From positions 5,440,001-5,504,000 of the forward strand of contig CP170459.1 in assembly GCA_047947115.1 (NCBI GenBank): a stretch of DNA of 64,000 nt, given 5' to 3'. Both the position numbers and the translations under genes were made by a program. A model generated the notes under the pieces. The model ran no database searches. It was not told the origin of the DNA and saw nothing but the letters and a program-made list of their open reading frames with translations. The stretch is from Verrucomicrobiota bacterium. Lineage in GTDB: Bacteria > Verrucomicrobiota > Verrucomicrobiia > Limisphaerales > AAA164-E04. Of the stretch, positions 31,345 to 41,409 are shown one piece after another. Positions within the stretch are counted from its first letter, which is position 1; each line of letters opens with the position of its first letter.

Positions 31345-32532
31345 CTATGCCTCGACCGGCATTTCGATCACCTTCCAAGGCAATCCATATTGGTTAAGGT
31401 CAGCCATAAAAGGATCGGGGTCGAGTTGTTCCATGTTAAACACTCCGGGCTGGAGCCATTTGCCGGTCAACATCTGTTTGGCCCCGATCATGGCAGGAAC
31501 TCCCGTGGTATAAGAAATCGCCTGGGATTTGACCTCCTGGTAACATTCCTGGTGATCACAGACATTGTAAATGAACACCCGGCGCTTCTTTCCGTTCTTG
31601 ACACCATCCACCAGGCAACCGATGCAGGTCTTGCCTTTGGTGCGAGGCCCGAGCGAAGCAGGATCAGGAAGCAGCGCTTTAAGAAACTGCAGCGGGACGA
31701 TTTCCTTACCTTCAAACTGAATGGGTTCAATGCTGGTCATCCCGACATTCTCAAGCACACGCAGATGCGTCAAATACGATTCCCCGAAAGTCATCCAGAA
31801 CCGAATCCTCTTTAATCCCTTGATATTTTGACAGAGAGATTCCAGTTCTTCGTGATACATGAGGTACGCCCGCCGAACACCCACTTCCGGAAAATCAAAG
31901 TCGCGGTTGACGGATAACGGATCGGTTTCCTTCCATTCCCCTTCTTCCCAGAATCGCCCGTTGGCGGTGACTTCCCGAATATTGATCTCGGGATTGAAAT
32001 TGGTGGCAAACGGATATCCGTGATCACCGGCGTTGCAGTCCAGAATATCAATCTGTTCAATTTCATCGAAAAGATGTTTCTGTGCATGTGCGCAGTAAAC
32101 ATTGGTCACACCGGGATCAAACCCCGAACCAAGCAGTGCCATGCGTCCGGCGCTTTGAAATCGATCCTGATAGGCCCATTGCCATTTATATTCAAATCGC
32201 GCGGTGTCGAGTGGTTCGTAGTTGGCGGTGTCCAGATAATCCACCCCGGCCTCAAGACAGGCATCCATGATGCTCAGGTCCTGATATGGCAAGGCCACAT
32301 TGATGACAAGTCGAGGTTGAAAACTCCGGATCAATGAGACGGTCTCAGCAACATTGTCGGCATCCACTGAAGCAGTCTGAATGGGCCGTTGCAGTTCCGA
32401 GGCTATTTGATCACACTTGCTCTGAGTCCTGCTGGCAAGACAGATTTCGCCAAACACTTCCGGTAGTTGGGCACACTTGTGAGTCACCACTCGCCCGACA
32501 CCGCCGGCTCCTATAATCAATACTTTGTTCAT
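31345..32532 (-). CDS. Carboxynorspermidine/carboxyspermidine dehydrogenase (saccharopine dehydrogenase family)
   Basis: Motifs IIGAGGVG, NVALPYQD, GFDPGV, FATNFNPEINIRE and HEELES. Adjacent to nspC. Confidence 0.9.
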   Translation of the reverse strand: MNKVLIIGAGGVGRVVTHKCAQLPEVFGEICLASRTQSKCDQIASELQRPIQTASVDADNVAETVSLIRSFQPRLVINVALPYQDLSIMDACLEAGVDYLDTANYEPLDTARFEYKWQWAYQDRFQSAGRMALLGSGFDPGVTNVYCAHAQKHLFDEIEQIDILDCNAGDHGYPFATNFNPEINIREVTANGRFWEEGEWKETDPLSVNRDFDFPEVGVRRAYLMYHEELESLCQNIKGLKRIRFWMTFGESYLTHLRVLENVGMTSIEPIQFEGKEIVPLQFLKALLPDPASLGPRTKGKTCIGCLVDGVKNGKKRRVFIYNVCDHQECYQEVKSQAISYTTGVPAMIGAKQMLTGKWLQPGVFNMEQLDPDPFMADLNQYGLPWKVIEMPVEA

Positions 32533-32568
32533 GATGTAAATATTCTCTTTCAGGCAGTTGGCATGTGT

Positions 32569-33705
32569 TCAAGACAACCGGTCGCGATAATCTTCATATC
32601 CAAACTGACGTACCACTTCTGTCTTTTCCGTCTCCGGATCATAAGTGGCAATGGACGGTAGCCGCACTCCGTTGAAGGTCGTGTTTTTGACCATGGTATA
32701 GTGGGCCATGTCCTCGAAGACCAAACGGTCGCCAACTTTGAGCGGATGGTCAAATGCGTAGTCGCCAATTTCATCGCCCGCCAGACAAGTCATACCTCCC
32801 AGCCTGATCGTATGAGGCTTGGAGCCTGGATCCCCGGCTCCCTGGATAACAGGACGATAGGGCATCTCCAACACATCAGGCATATGCGCCGTGGCGGAGG
32901 CGTCCAGAATGGCCAGAGGCATGCCGTTTTCAAACACATCGAGGACACTGGACACCAGATATCCGGCATTCAACGCAATGGCTTCTCCCGGTTCGAGGTA
33001 AACTTGAACAGCATGCCGATCGCTGAATGCTTCAATAATGCGACACAGACGTTCAACATCATAATCACTGCGCGTAATGTGGTGTCCCCCGCCAAAATTA
33101 ATCCATTTCATCCGGTCAAGAAACGGGCCGAATTGTCGTTCAACCGCCTCGACAACTCGTTCGAGCGTATCTGAATTCTGTTCGCACATGGTATGAAAAT
33201 GCAAACCCTCAACGCCTTCCAGGTCCTGCCCTTCAAAATGCGCCAATGTCATTCCAAGCCGCGAACAGGGTCGACACGGATCATATAAGGGGGTGGCGAC
33301 TTCTGAATATTCAGGGTTGATCCGCAACCCAACGGATACGTTTGGGTTCAAGTCAAGCAACCGCTGCTGAAACCGATGGAATTGGGAAAATGAATTGAAT
33401 GTGATGTGCTGAACCAACGGGGCCAATTCCTCGATATCCAAATCATTGTAAGCAGGAGCATATGCATGGACCTCTCCACCAAACTCCTCCCGCCCCAATC
33501 GTGCCTCGTTAACCGAACTGGCCGTCGTGCCACAGAGATATTCGCTTACGATGGGAAAAGTGGAAAACATGGCGAATCCCTTCAGCGCAAGAATGATCTT
33601 GGCATCCGTCCGATCCTGAATCTTCCGGATGGTTTCCAGGTTTTGCCGCAGGCGGCCTGTATCCACCACATAACAAGGGGTGGGCAATTTGGAAAATGGT
33701 GTCAT
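32569..33705 (-). CDS. nspC: Carboxynorspermidine decarboxylase
   Basis: PLP Lys motif LALKGF, plus YDPC, GLHFH, GGGHHITR, EPGEA and HMPDVLEMPY. Likely start ATG 33705. Confidence 0.92.
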   Translation of the reverse strand: MTPFSKLPTPCYVVDTGRLRQNLETIRKIQDRTDAKIILALKGFAMFSTFPIVSEYLCGTTASSVNEARLGREEFGGEVHAYAPAYNDLDIEELAPLVQHITFNSFSQFHRFQQRLLDLNPNVSVGLRINPEYSEVATPLYDPCRPCSRLGMTLAHFEGQDLEGVEGLHFHTMCEQNSDTLERVVEAVERQFGPFLDRMKWINFGGGHHITRSDYDVERLCRIIEAFSDRHAVQVYLEPGEAIALNAGYLVSSVLDVFENGMPLAILDASATAHMPDVLEMPYRPVIQGAGDPGSKPHTIRLGGMTCLAGDEIGDYAFDHPLKVGDRLVFEDMAHYTMVKNTTFNGVRLPSIATYDPETEKTEVVRQFGYEDYRDRLS

Positions 33706-33722
33706 GTCTATTGAATAATCCC

Positions 33723-33815
33723 TTACAGATCGAACGTGTCTGCATAAACGGCGCAACGGGTTACCACAACGGAACCTGCGCCACCAGCACCAATGATCAA
33801 AACACAAGAACCCAT
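33723..33815 (-). pseudogene. 30-aa ORF resembling the N-terminus of carboxynorspermidine dehydrogenase
   Basis: Manual translation MGSCVLIIGAGGAGSVVVTRCAVYADTFDL*, preceded by GAGGAAA. Confidence 0.65.
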
Positions 33816-34014
33816 TTTCCTCAATATCCTTCCTTCGTTCGTTTAACATCGAGTAGCAGTTGGAGGGGAGTTTCCCACAAACCGCTCATAAAAACTTGCG
33901 GCAGGTTAATGGCGGAATCTCTGAATGAAAGCCCCTAACGCAGGCTCAATGAGGCAACTTTATTCCAAAAATCAAAAGTAAAGGGCAAGCAAAAAGAAAA
34001 ATCACCTGACGGCA

Positions 34015-34404
34015 TCAGATGGAATGCCTGCCAGCGTAACCGGCATCCAAGTCATGCCAATAAATGATGTCCTGCTGCCCCTTTTCCCAACAAAGAAATA
34101 CCTCACGCCCTCCCATCATACTGGGAAAATCAACGAGCCCCCGGGAAAGATCTTTAATGAGAATCTCACGACTTTTGAACTCATTCAGGATCTGAAGGAG
34201 TCGATTGAGATTCTTGATCTCTCCTTCCACCTGGTCGCCACCAAGATCGTGTCCCTGCTCAAACATCGCCTCCTGCCAGGCCCGACAAGCTTCCTGTTGC
34301 TCACTGAGTTGATTGATCTCATCCAACCACCCGGCGAGTTGAGGCAGCAATGCGCGTGCTTCATCAACCGTGTAATGTCTGGAATATCGGAGGGGGGATG
34401 CCAT
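34015..34404 (-). CDS. DUF2203 family protein
   Basis: Motifs YTVDEARALLP, IKDLSRGLVDFP, LCW and GYAGR. Confidence 0.85.
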   Translation of the reverse strand: MASPLRYSRHYTVDEARALLPQLAGWLDEINQLSEQQEACRAWQEAMFEQGHDLGGDQVEGEIKNLNRLLQILNEFKSREILIKDLSRGLVDFPSMMGGREVFLCWEKGQQDIIYWHDLDAGYAGRHSI

Positions 34405-34438
34405 CGAGGGAACCTTCGCAACGTGGCCGGGGCCATTC

Positions 34439-36166
34439 TCAAGATTGGATGTCCTGCTTATCTGTCAGCAGTCGCCACTTCTGGAATACCTTTTCATTGA
34501 ATTCTAGTTCAAGAGAACGTTTGAAAGCATCCACAGCCTTCTCACGTCGATCCAATGCCTGATAAACGTCGCCCAAATGATCGAGAATAGTAGGGTCCGG
34601 TTCTTCCAAGTGGGATTCAGCTTTCTCCAGATAGGGCAAGGCTTCCTCCGCTTTGCCTCGTTTGAACAGAACCCAACCCATGCTGTCCAGAATGGCGTCG
34701 CTCTCTGGATCGAGTTCCAGAGCTTTGGAAATCCACTCGTAGGCTTGATCCAGTTTCTTCCCCTGCTCCGCCCACATGTAACCGAGGTAGTTAAGCGTGG
34801 TCGCGTCATCTGGCGTCTTGTCCAGGCATTTCAAAAACTCCTTTTCAGCGGCTTCCAATTTACCCAAACGTTCCAGCACCATTCCGATCCGGAAGTAAAA
34901 GAAGCCGTTCAGCCGAGCGGGATCTTGTTTTGCGGCGATTTCCTCAGCGGACCGAAGAAAATCCAAGGCCGGTTCATACCGCCGAAGGGCCGACATGGCC
35001 ACACCGGAATAGAACTCGAGGATGAACTGTTTTGAAAACTGAGAACGGGCCTGTTGCAAAACCGTCAGGGCTTCGCGGGCGTCTCCAGCATTGAGTTTCA
35101 ACTCTGCCAGAGCAAAGTAGGGAGCCTCAAATGTGGACCGAATTTCAATAGCTTTGCGGTAATGGGTTTCGGCTTCGTCCGTCTTGCCTTCTTCCATCAT
35201 CAAGGTTCCCAACAGGTATTGCGGACGCGGATTATCGGGCTCGGCCTCGGAAAGCTCGGTCAATTCACGAACTGCTTGCTCAGGCTTACCCTGCCGCAAG
35301 TAAAGATCAACCAGCTTTTCACGCACCATGGGAACCGGAGGACGATAAGCTTTCAAGTCCTGCAGCCGGCTTTCAGCATCCTCAAAACGCTCCATCAGCA
35401 TCAGAACATCCGAGATGGCCAGCCCCAGAGCCGGGTGTTCCTCGGCCACTTCGGAACTCTTGATAACCAGGGATTCAAGCTGCGGGCCCAGATCATTCAA
35501 TCGATTGGGCTGTATGGTCAGGAACTTGAGATACAACCCGATCAGTGCGGTCATGTCTTCCAACGCGTAGTTGGTTGCTTTAACCGCTTTCTGGACGAGT
35601 TCGAGTGCATCAAGGTTTTCTCCTTCCCGAAGATGAACATCCACCAATCTGGAACGAGAGATGATCAATGATGGATCTCTAGCCAATGCGGTCTTAAAAT
35701 TCTCAAGAGAACTGTCAGCCTCACCTCTGGCCATTTGAATCAGGCCAAGCAATTCGAAAGCCTTGCCCTCCGCTTCTCCCAATTCAGTGGCAGGAAGGAG
35801 AATTTCATAGGCTTCATCAAATTTCTGCAGGGCGATATGCTTCTCCGCGACCCTCACCGCCAGCTTGGCATTGGTGGGATCAGCCTCCAGGGCAAGGGCA
35901 AACTGCTTCAATGCCTCTGCCTGTTCACCCTGGGCTTCAAATGTAATACCTGATGCAAAATGAGCCTGAGCCCTGGCACGACGTCCTGACGCATCCAGAT
36001 CATCCAAAGGGATATCCTGAGGCTCAAAGGCGTCGGAAACAACAGGACGAGCCGGCCCGACGTCTCCGTCCTGACCGGCTTCCTGAGCATAAACTGGCAT
36101 GGTGATAGCCCAGACACTGAGCGTCCATACCAGGATCATTGATTTAAAGGGCGATTCGCCAATCAT
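34439..36166 (-). CDS. Secreted tetratricopeptide repeat protein
   Basis: Signal peptide and TPRs. Motifs LNYLGYMWA, DSMGWVLF and DHLGDVY. Confidence 0.85.
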   Translation of the reverse strand: MIGESPFKSMILVWTLSVWAITMPVYAQEAGQDGDVGPARPVVSDAFEPQDIPLDDLDASGRRARAQAHFASGITFEAQGEQAEALKQFALALEADPTNAKLAVRVAEKHIALQKFDEAYEILLPATELGEAEGKAFELLGLIQMARGEADSSLENFKTALARDPSLIISRSRLVDVHLREGENLDALELVQKAVKATNYALEDMTALIGLYLKFLTIQPNRLNDLGPQLESLVIKSSEVAEEHPALGLAISDVLMLMERFEDAESRLQDLKAYRPPVPMVREKLVDLYLRQGKPEQAVRELTELSEAEPDNPRPQYLLGTLMMEEGKTDEAETHYRKAIEIRSTFEAPYFALAELKLNAGDAREALTVLQQARSQFSKQFILEFYSGVAMSALRRYEPALDFLRSAEEIAAKQDPARLNGFFYFRIGMVLERLGKLEAAEKEFLKCLDKTPDDATTLNYLGYMWAEQGKKLDQAYEWISKALELDPESDAILDSMGWVLFKRGKAEEALPYLEKAESHLEEPDPTILDHLGDVYQALDRREKAVDAFKRSLELEFNEKVFQKWRLLTDKQDIQS

Positions 36167-36256
36167 AATTCATAAAGAAAGCCCGGCCCGACATGGGCAA
36201 GGCCTTTGATGAACAATAGACACCTAAAGCGAAACGCCTGCAAGCGCGCGCCGCAA

Positions 36257-36358
36257 TTATTTCTGCCAGGTGCGCTTCTTGTGGCGATTCGCGCGCAGTT
36301 TCTTGCGTCGCTTATGCTTGTTGATTTTCGATTTACGACGTTTTTTAAGAGAACCCAT
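36257..36358 (-). CDS. Small basic AURKAIP1/COX24-domain protein (bS22-like ribosomal protein)
   Basis: Manual translation [33 protein letters not shown], 10 bp after the hisG stop. Too short for the ORF track. Confidence 0.8.
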   Translation of the reverse strand: MGSLKKRRKSKINKHKRRKKLRANRHKKRTWQK

Positions 36359-36368
36359 ATTTTAGTGC

Positions 36369-37256
36369 TTAATATACAATTTTGTTAAGAGGATACTCGA
36401 TGATCCCTTCGGCTCCAGCGGCCTTCAGTTGAGGGATTATCTCGCGAACTACGTGTTCGTCAATGACGGTTTCCACCGCCACCCAGCCTTCCATTGCCAA
36501 ACTGGAAACCGTTGGATTACGCAATGCTGGCAAACTTTGCAACAATTTTGACAATTTCTTTTCCAAAATGTTGAGTTTTAGCCCGACCTTGGCTTCGGCA
36601 TCCAAGGCTCCACGAAGGAGCATCGCGAATGTTTCAATCTTCTTTTTCTTCCATTTGTCCGCCCAGGAATCCTGATTCACAATCAACCTTGGAGTGGAGG
36701 TCATCAAGGTATCAACGATACGCAACTTATTTGCCCGCAGCGAACTACCAGTTTCAGTAATTTCCACAATCGCATCCACCAATTCGTGAGCTTTAACTTC
36801 CGTCGCGCCCCAGGAGAATTCAACATCCGCCTTGACCTTGTGCTTGCGCAGGTATTTTTTGGTAATGTTGACCACTTCCGTGGCAATGCGCTTCCCTTGC
36901 AGATCTTTTGCAGACTTGATCGGAGAATTCTCCGGAACAGCCAACACCCAGCGAGCTGCCTGGCGCGTTGCCTTACTGAAAAGAAATTCTCCGACTTCAT
37001 GAACTTTGGAGCCGTTTTCCACCACCCAATCATGCCCCGTGATCCCGCAGTCCAAATAGCCATGCTCGACATATCGACTGACTTCCTGTGCTCGAATCAA
37101 CCGGATCTCCATCTCCTCATCATCGATGTATGGAAGGTAGGAGCGACTGCTCACCGAGACGTTATAACCCGCTTTAGCCAGCTTTTGAAAAGTGGCTTCC
37201 TGAAGACTACCCTTCGGCAATCCCAATTTCAGAATGTTCTTTTTCTTCGACTTCAT
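36369..37256 (-). CDS. hisG: ATP phosphoribosyltransferase (long form)
   Basis: Motifs LPKGSL, RAQE, GITGHDW, SWGATE and EITETGSSL, plus the C-terminal regulatory domain. Confidence 0.95.
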   Translation of the reverse strand: MKSKKKNILKLGLPKGSLQEATFQKLAKAGYNVSVSSRSYLPYIDDEEMEIRLIRAQEVSRYVEHGYLDCGITGHDWVVENGSKVHEVGEFLFSKATRQAARWVLAVPENSPIKSAKDLQGKRIATEVVNITKKYLRKHKVKADVEFSWGATEVKAHELVDAIVEITETGSSLRANKLRIVDTLMTSTPRLIVNQDSWADKWKKKKIETFAMLLRGALDAEAKVGLKLNILEKKLSKLLQSLPALRNPTVSSLAMEGWVAVETVIDEHVVREIIPQLKAAGAEGIIEYPLNKIVY

Positions 37257-37429
37257 TGCAAAATGGGAGCGTGTCACCCATTGATTGGGGTCTTATCCTG
37301 AGGAAACGGGACGAGAAGGCCACACGACAACCGGCATCTAGATACTCGTGAATGGGGGCAAAATGCCAACTCTTTTTGAAAAAATTGGCAAAAACCGTGT
37401 TTAACAGCCCGCCCCACCCTCATTCTCGC

Positions 37430-38056
37430 CTAGGAATCAGGTAAACGATGACAATGGCGGCCCTGAACGCTTAAACGCCCTCTCACGGCCAGTTCCAATG
37501 CCGCAGGGTACAAACGGTGCTCCGCCTCCTGAATGCGGGCATGAAGGGTTTGAGGCGTGTCATCATCCATGACAGGAACCGTTTCCTGTAGGATGATTGA
37601 CCCCGTATCGATCCCCTGATCCACAAAATGCACGGTGCAACCGGTAAATTTCACCCCGTAATCCAGAGCCTGCTTCCAAGCTTCCAGACCGGGAAAAGAG
37701 GGCAGCAGCGAGGGGTGAATGTTGATGACCCGATTGGAATAGGCCTTTAAAAACTGCCCCTTTAAAATGCGCATGAAACCTGCCAGCACAATCCAATCAA
37801 CCTCTGCCTTCTGAAACGCCTCAATGTAGGCCTGTTCGCAAACTTCATCCAACTTGGTCTTGAATGGACCGGGCACAAGGTATTGATTTGCAATCCCAAA
37901 AGACTCGGCACGCTCAAGAATGCCCGCCCCCTCGACATCACTGACCACGAGGGCAATCTCGGCATTCAAGGCCCCCGCCTCACAGGCCTTCGCCAAGGCC
38001 ACCATATTGGATCCCTTACCGGACCCCAAAACACCGACTCGCACTTTCTTGCTCAT
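37430..38056 (-). CDS. purN: Phosphoribosylglycinamide formyltransferase
   Basis: Motifs SGKGSN, LAGFMRIL, NIHPSLLP and GCTVHFVD. Confidence 0.96.
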   Translation of the reverse strand: MSKKVRVGVLGSGKGSNMVALAKACEAGALNAEIALVVSDVEGAGILERAESFGIANQYLVPGPFKTKLDEVCEQAYIEAFQKAEVDWIVLAGFMRILKGQFLKAYSNRVINIHPSLLPSFPGLEAWKQALDYGVKFTGCTVHFVDQGIDTGSIILQETVPVMDDDTPQTLHARIQEAEHRLYPAALELAVRGRLSVQGRHCHRLPDS

Positions 38057-38150
38057 GGCTCAAAAAGTACGTGAAACCTTTGATAAGACAAGTCTTCATC
38101 CGAATCTGCGAAGAGAATTGGCTTCAATATTCCAGCGGCTACTGGAAGGT

Positions 38151-38966
38151 TCACCCCACAAATCTCTGCCTGAACACTTCGTAAAAAAACACCGCTGCCG
38201 CACTGGCCACATTGAGCGAATCCGTACCGTGCGCCATCGGAATCAGCACCTGGTGTTCGCACTGATCAAGCACTTCCGGGGAAAGCCCCTCTCCTTCGCT
38301 TCCTAAAACCACGCAGGTGTCGCGGGTAAAATCCACCTGGTCCAAAGTGCGTTGATTGGTATGTGGATGTGCGGCGACAGTCTGAATGCCTTGTTTCCGG
38401 AGTTTCGCCAGGGTTTGAGCCAAATCTCCCGAGTGATGAACGGGCAGTTTGAAAATGGTTCCCATACTGCTGTGCACCGCCCGCCGAATGTAAGGACTGC
38501 AGGAAGTCGGCCCCACAACCAGTCCCTGCGCGCCAAACCCTGCCGCATTGCGCACCAGCGCCCCCACATTCTCAGAACTGCTGAGCCCGTCCATGGCCAC
38601 AAAAAACCTGGGGCTGACGGCCTGAGAAACCCAGGCATCCAGTTCCAGGGGATCAGGGATGGATACCACCGCCTTGATTGCTTGAAAACACCCATAGCCT
38701 GTGAGCGCCGATATGCCTTCTTTGTCCGTAATGAAAGCAGGAATGTTTTCCGGCCGGCGATCCAATGACGGCCCCAAACGTTCCAGCCATTCTTCAGTCA
38801 ACAAAACGGAATGAATTCGAAAATCGGTCTCCAGTAAACGCGTGACCACCTTCTGTCCTTCCGCAACAAAAATGCCCTGCCCCTGCTGATCGGTCATCTT
38901 TCGCATGCTGCGATAAGGAGCCAGCTCCGGGCACGCCACATCGTCAACCTTTCGCACCTGATACAT
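38151..38966 (-). CDS. TrmH/SpoU family RNA 2'-O-methyltransferase
   Basis: Motifs ENVGALVR, LGSEGEGL and IPM...DSLNVA. Confidence 0.9.
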   Translation of the reverse strand: MYQVRKVDDVACPELAPYRSMRKMTDQQGQGIFVAEGQKVVTRLLETDFRIHSVLLTEEWLERLGPSLDRRPENIPAFITDKEGISALTGYGCFQAIKAVVSIPDPLELDAWVSQAVSPRFFVAMDGLSSSENVGALVRNAAGFGAQGLVVGPTSCSPYIRRAVHSSMGTIFKLPVHHSGDLAQTLAKLRKQGIQTVAAHPHTNQRTLDQVDFTRDTCVVLGSEGEGLSPEVLDQCEHQVLIPMAHGTDSLNVASAAAVFFYEVFRQRFVG

Positions 38967-38983
38967 GAGAATGAAGGCAAGGG

Positions 38984-40915
38984 CTACTCGAGGTCAATCC
39001 GTCCCCAATCCTCGGGACGCCCCTGCACACCCGACCTGGGCGCCCAGGCCAACCGGGATTCATTGATGTTTTCACCAGGAGAGGCATCGGCTTTGTCTCC
39101 ATCATAGATGATGACATTAAATCCCATACGGCTGCCGGATTCAATCCCCTCACCCACTTCGTCAAAAGGTATTTTCAATCGCAACCGATATCCATCATCT
39201 GTGCGTTCGGAAGTCATTTCAGTCCCGGGAGCTGTTTCTTCAACCGGCCCCTGATTGGCATCCGCATCCCGTGCAGCCCGAACCTGCCCGGCCGCATCGA
39301 ATGGAAACACACCCAATTTGTAGGTGGAAAAACTATCCTCGGAGCCCCCTTTGGCATCGAGACAGAACTCGACCGAATCGCTGCGCCAATGCCCCCGAAT
39401 ATCATTGGGCGCGATGTTGCTGACCACTTGGTCATCGTTCACATCGATCTGCACATAAAACGCGCTGCGATCATGGGCCATTTTGATCTGTGCGCTACTG
39501 TCCGCCAACCCTGTGGATTCACCTTGCACACGGTGCTCAGGAAGGATGGTGATGGGAACCAGACGCGACCAGAAGGGACTCTCCCAATCCAAACCACCCT
39601 CGGCAATTCTCGCAATTCTGTGTGTGGGCACGGGGTGAAGGTTGGCTTCCGCCGATGATTCTTTCCCATCATATTTGGCCGTCAGTTGAATGGTTCCATC
39701 CTCCGGCAATCCTTTGGGCGGTTTGACTCGGATGGTCATCCCCAGATTAAGTCCTGGCTTGATGGTGAAAGGCACCCATTGCGGATCCACCATCCAATCC
39801 TTGGGTATTGTCAGCCGAAGCTCCCCTTCCACCGTTGCGGATCCGACATTACCCAGGTCCAGGGCCACGTCATTCCACTCCCCGGCCACCACCGGAAGAT
39901 CGGCCTCGAATGCCTGGGATACATGCTCAATACACTGCTCCTTCGCCCAGACCATATATCGTTCGATGGCAGGTCGGGTGACGAAGCGTATGGATACATC
40001 ATCTTCGTCACCCGTATCGGAAGCGGGGGGTTGCACCAAGCCCGGCGTCAGATGATCAGGAGAAAAATCAAGCCCTCGAAACAAATCCGATTCCTCAGCC
40101 AGGAAAGGAACCACGGAATGCACCAGGGAAAAAGTACGAGGAAGTTGCAACCAGGCAGCACCCCGCATACGACCGAATCCCTGGGATCTGTGATGAGACA
40201 AGGCCTGCCCGGCAATCTGCCCTGCCGTCAGGCCATCACGAACTACCGCCGTGGATTCGATCTGAGCCTGATGATTCCCCATGGCGCCGCCGTAATACAA
40301 CTTTCGCACCTGCCAGACATCAATCCCTTCACGTTGGATCTGCAAAGGAAAAGCCTCGGGATCCGCCGCCAAACGCACGGCTTCGGTTGCCAGCACCCCG
40401 GCGGCCTGATGGTGACCGTGCTGTCCGGGACGCGGAGCCGGGTTCATGGTCAGAACGATTTCTGGTCGATGATTTCGAATGATCCGCACCAATTGCTCCA
40501 GAGCCCCCTCCTTGTCCCAACGGTTCAAAGTCGCCCAAATGCTTTCGGTATAAGCAAAATCAAGCTGCCCCAGAAAGTACCAATGCCGCACCCCCAACTG
40601 AGTGAGGCAATCCCGCAATTCCAGCTCGCGCATGATCCCCAAGGACGGTCCATAATGCGTGCCCACCATATTCCCTCCCCCTTCACCCCGCGTACAATAA
40701 GCGTGCAGGATGGTCTTGCCTTCGCCCAAAGCGTAATGAGCCAGGGTGGACGCCATCCCGGTCTCATCATCGGGATGCGCAAACACACCAAGGATATCGG
40801 TTTTCAACAAGGCATTGCCCTGGACCGGATTCTCGGCCCTGGCTGTCAACGCGCAGCAAAGGCCTGCAAACAGGATGGACGCAAACGTACAGTAAACAGC
40901 GGGTCGCATGGTCAT
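38984..40915 (-). CDS. Secreted PIG-L family deacetylase with C-terminal CBM9-like domain
   Basis: Motifs AHPDDE, TRGEGG and HGHH. C-terminus has VNDDQV, DSVEF and GFNVIIYDGD. Confidence 0.82.
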   Translation of the reverse strand: MTMRPAVYCTFASILFAGLCCALTARAENPVQGNALLKTDILGVFAHPDDETGMASTLAHYALGEGKTILHAYCTRGEGGGNMVGTHYGPSLGIMRELELRDCLTQLGVRHWYFLGQLDFAYTESIWATLNRWDKEGALEQLVRIIRNHRPEIVLTMNPAPRPGQHGHHQAAGVLATEAVRLAADPEAFPLQIQREGIDVWQVRKLYYGGAMGNHQAQIESTAVVRDGLTAGQIAGQALSHHRSQGFGRMRGAAWLQLPRTFSLVHSVVPFLAEESDLFRGLDFSPDHLTPGLVQPPASDTGDEDDVSIRFVTRPAIERYMVWAKEQCIEHVSQAFEADLPVVAGEWNDVALDLGNVGSATVEGELRLTIPKDWMVDPQWVPFTIKPGLNLGMTIRVKPPKGLPEDGTIQLTAKYDGKESSAEANLHPVPTHRIARIAEGGLDWESPFWSRLVPITILPEHRVQGESTGLADSSAQIKMAHDRSAFYVQIDVNDDQVVSNIAPNDIRGHWRSDSVEFCLDAKGGSEDSFSTYKLGVFPFDAAGQVRAARDADANQGPVEETAPGTEMTSERTDDGYRLRLKIPFDEVGEGIESGSRMGFNVIIYDGDKADASPGENINESRLAWAPRSGVQGRPEDWGRIDLE

Positions 40916-40956
40916 ATCTGTAGCTTAACGGGTTGAATCAAGCCTGTCCAACAGCA

Positions 40957-41301
40957 TCAAATACCCATATTGGACAACAGCAGACTGATCCGGTTGACCA
41001 ACTGGGTCATTTGAGGATGATCATTTTCAAACTCCACCACGGAAGCCTCCAACCCCTGCAATGCCGGCTTGAGCAATTCAGGTTGCTGCTTGGATTTTGT
41101 CGCTTCCAGAGAAGTGATATCTGCAAAACCGGCAATACTTTGCGAATGTTCCGGATGCGTTTTTGAAAGCTCCGTCACTTCGCCTCTCAAGGTCGCCAAA
41201 AGTTCAGCCAATTCCTTGCGTGAATCATCCGGCAACCCTTCAGCCCCACTGATGCGTTTTTCGATTTTATTAAAAGTCTCGTCTATCATGATCTTGCCCA
41301 C
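40957..41301 (-). CDS. DUF4404 family protein
   Basis: C-terminal FENDHP...LSNMGI. Confidence 0.8.
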   Translation of the reverse strand: MGKIMIDETFNKIEKRISGAEGLPDDSRKELAELLATLRGEVTELSKTHPEHSQSIAGFADITSLEATKSKQQPELLKPALQGLEASVVEFENDHPQMTQLVNRISLLLSNMGI

Positions 41302-41409
41302 AGCCTACCAAACCCCGAAAAATAGTTCAATGTGATCGTGCAGGGAGAAACAAATGAAACTCACATTTCGCATTGGCATTCTCCCGAAACTGGTTGCATA
41401 CTTTCCCCC

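Noticed and set aside
39686..40936. 416-aa plus-strand ORF
   Set aside because: Antisense shadow of the PIG-L deacetylase.
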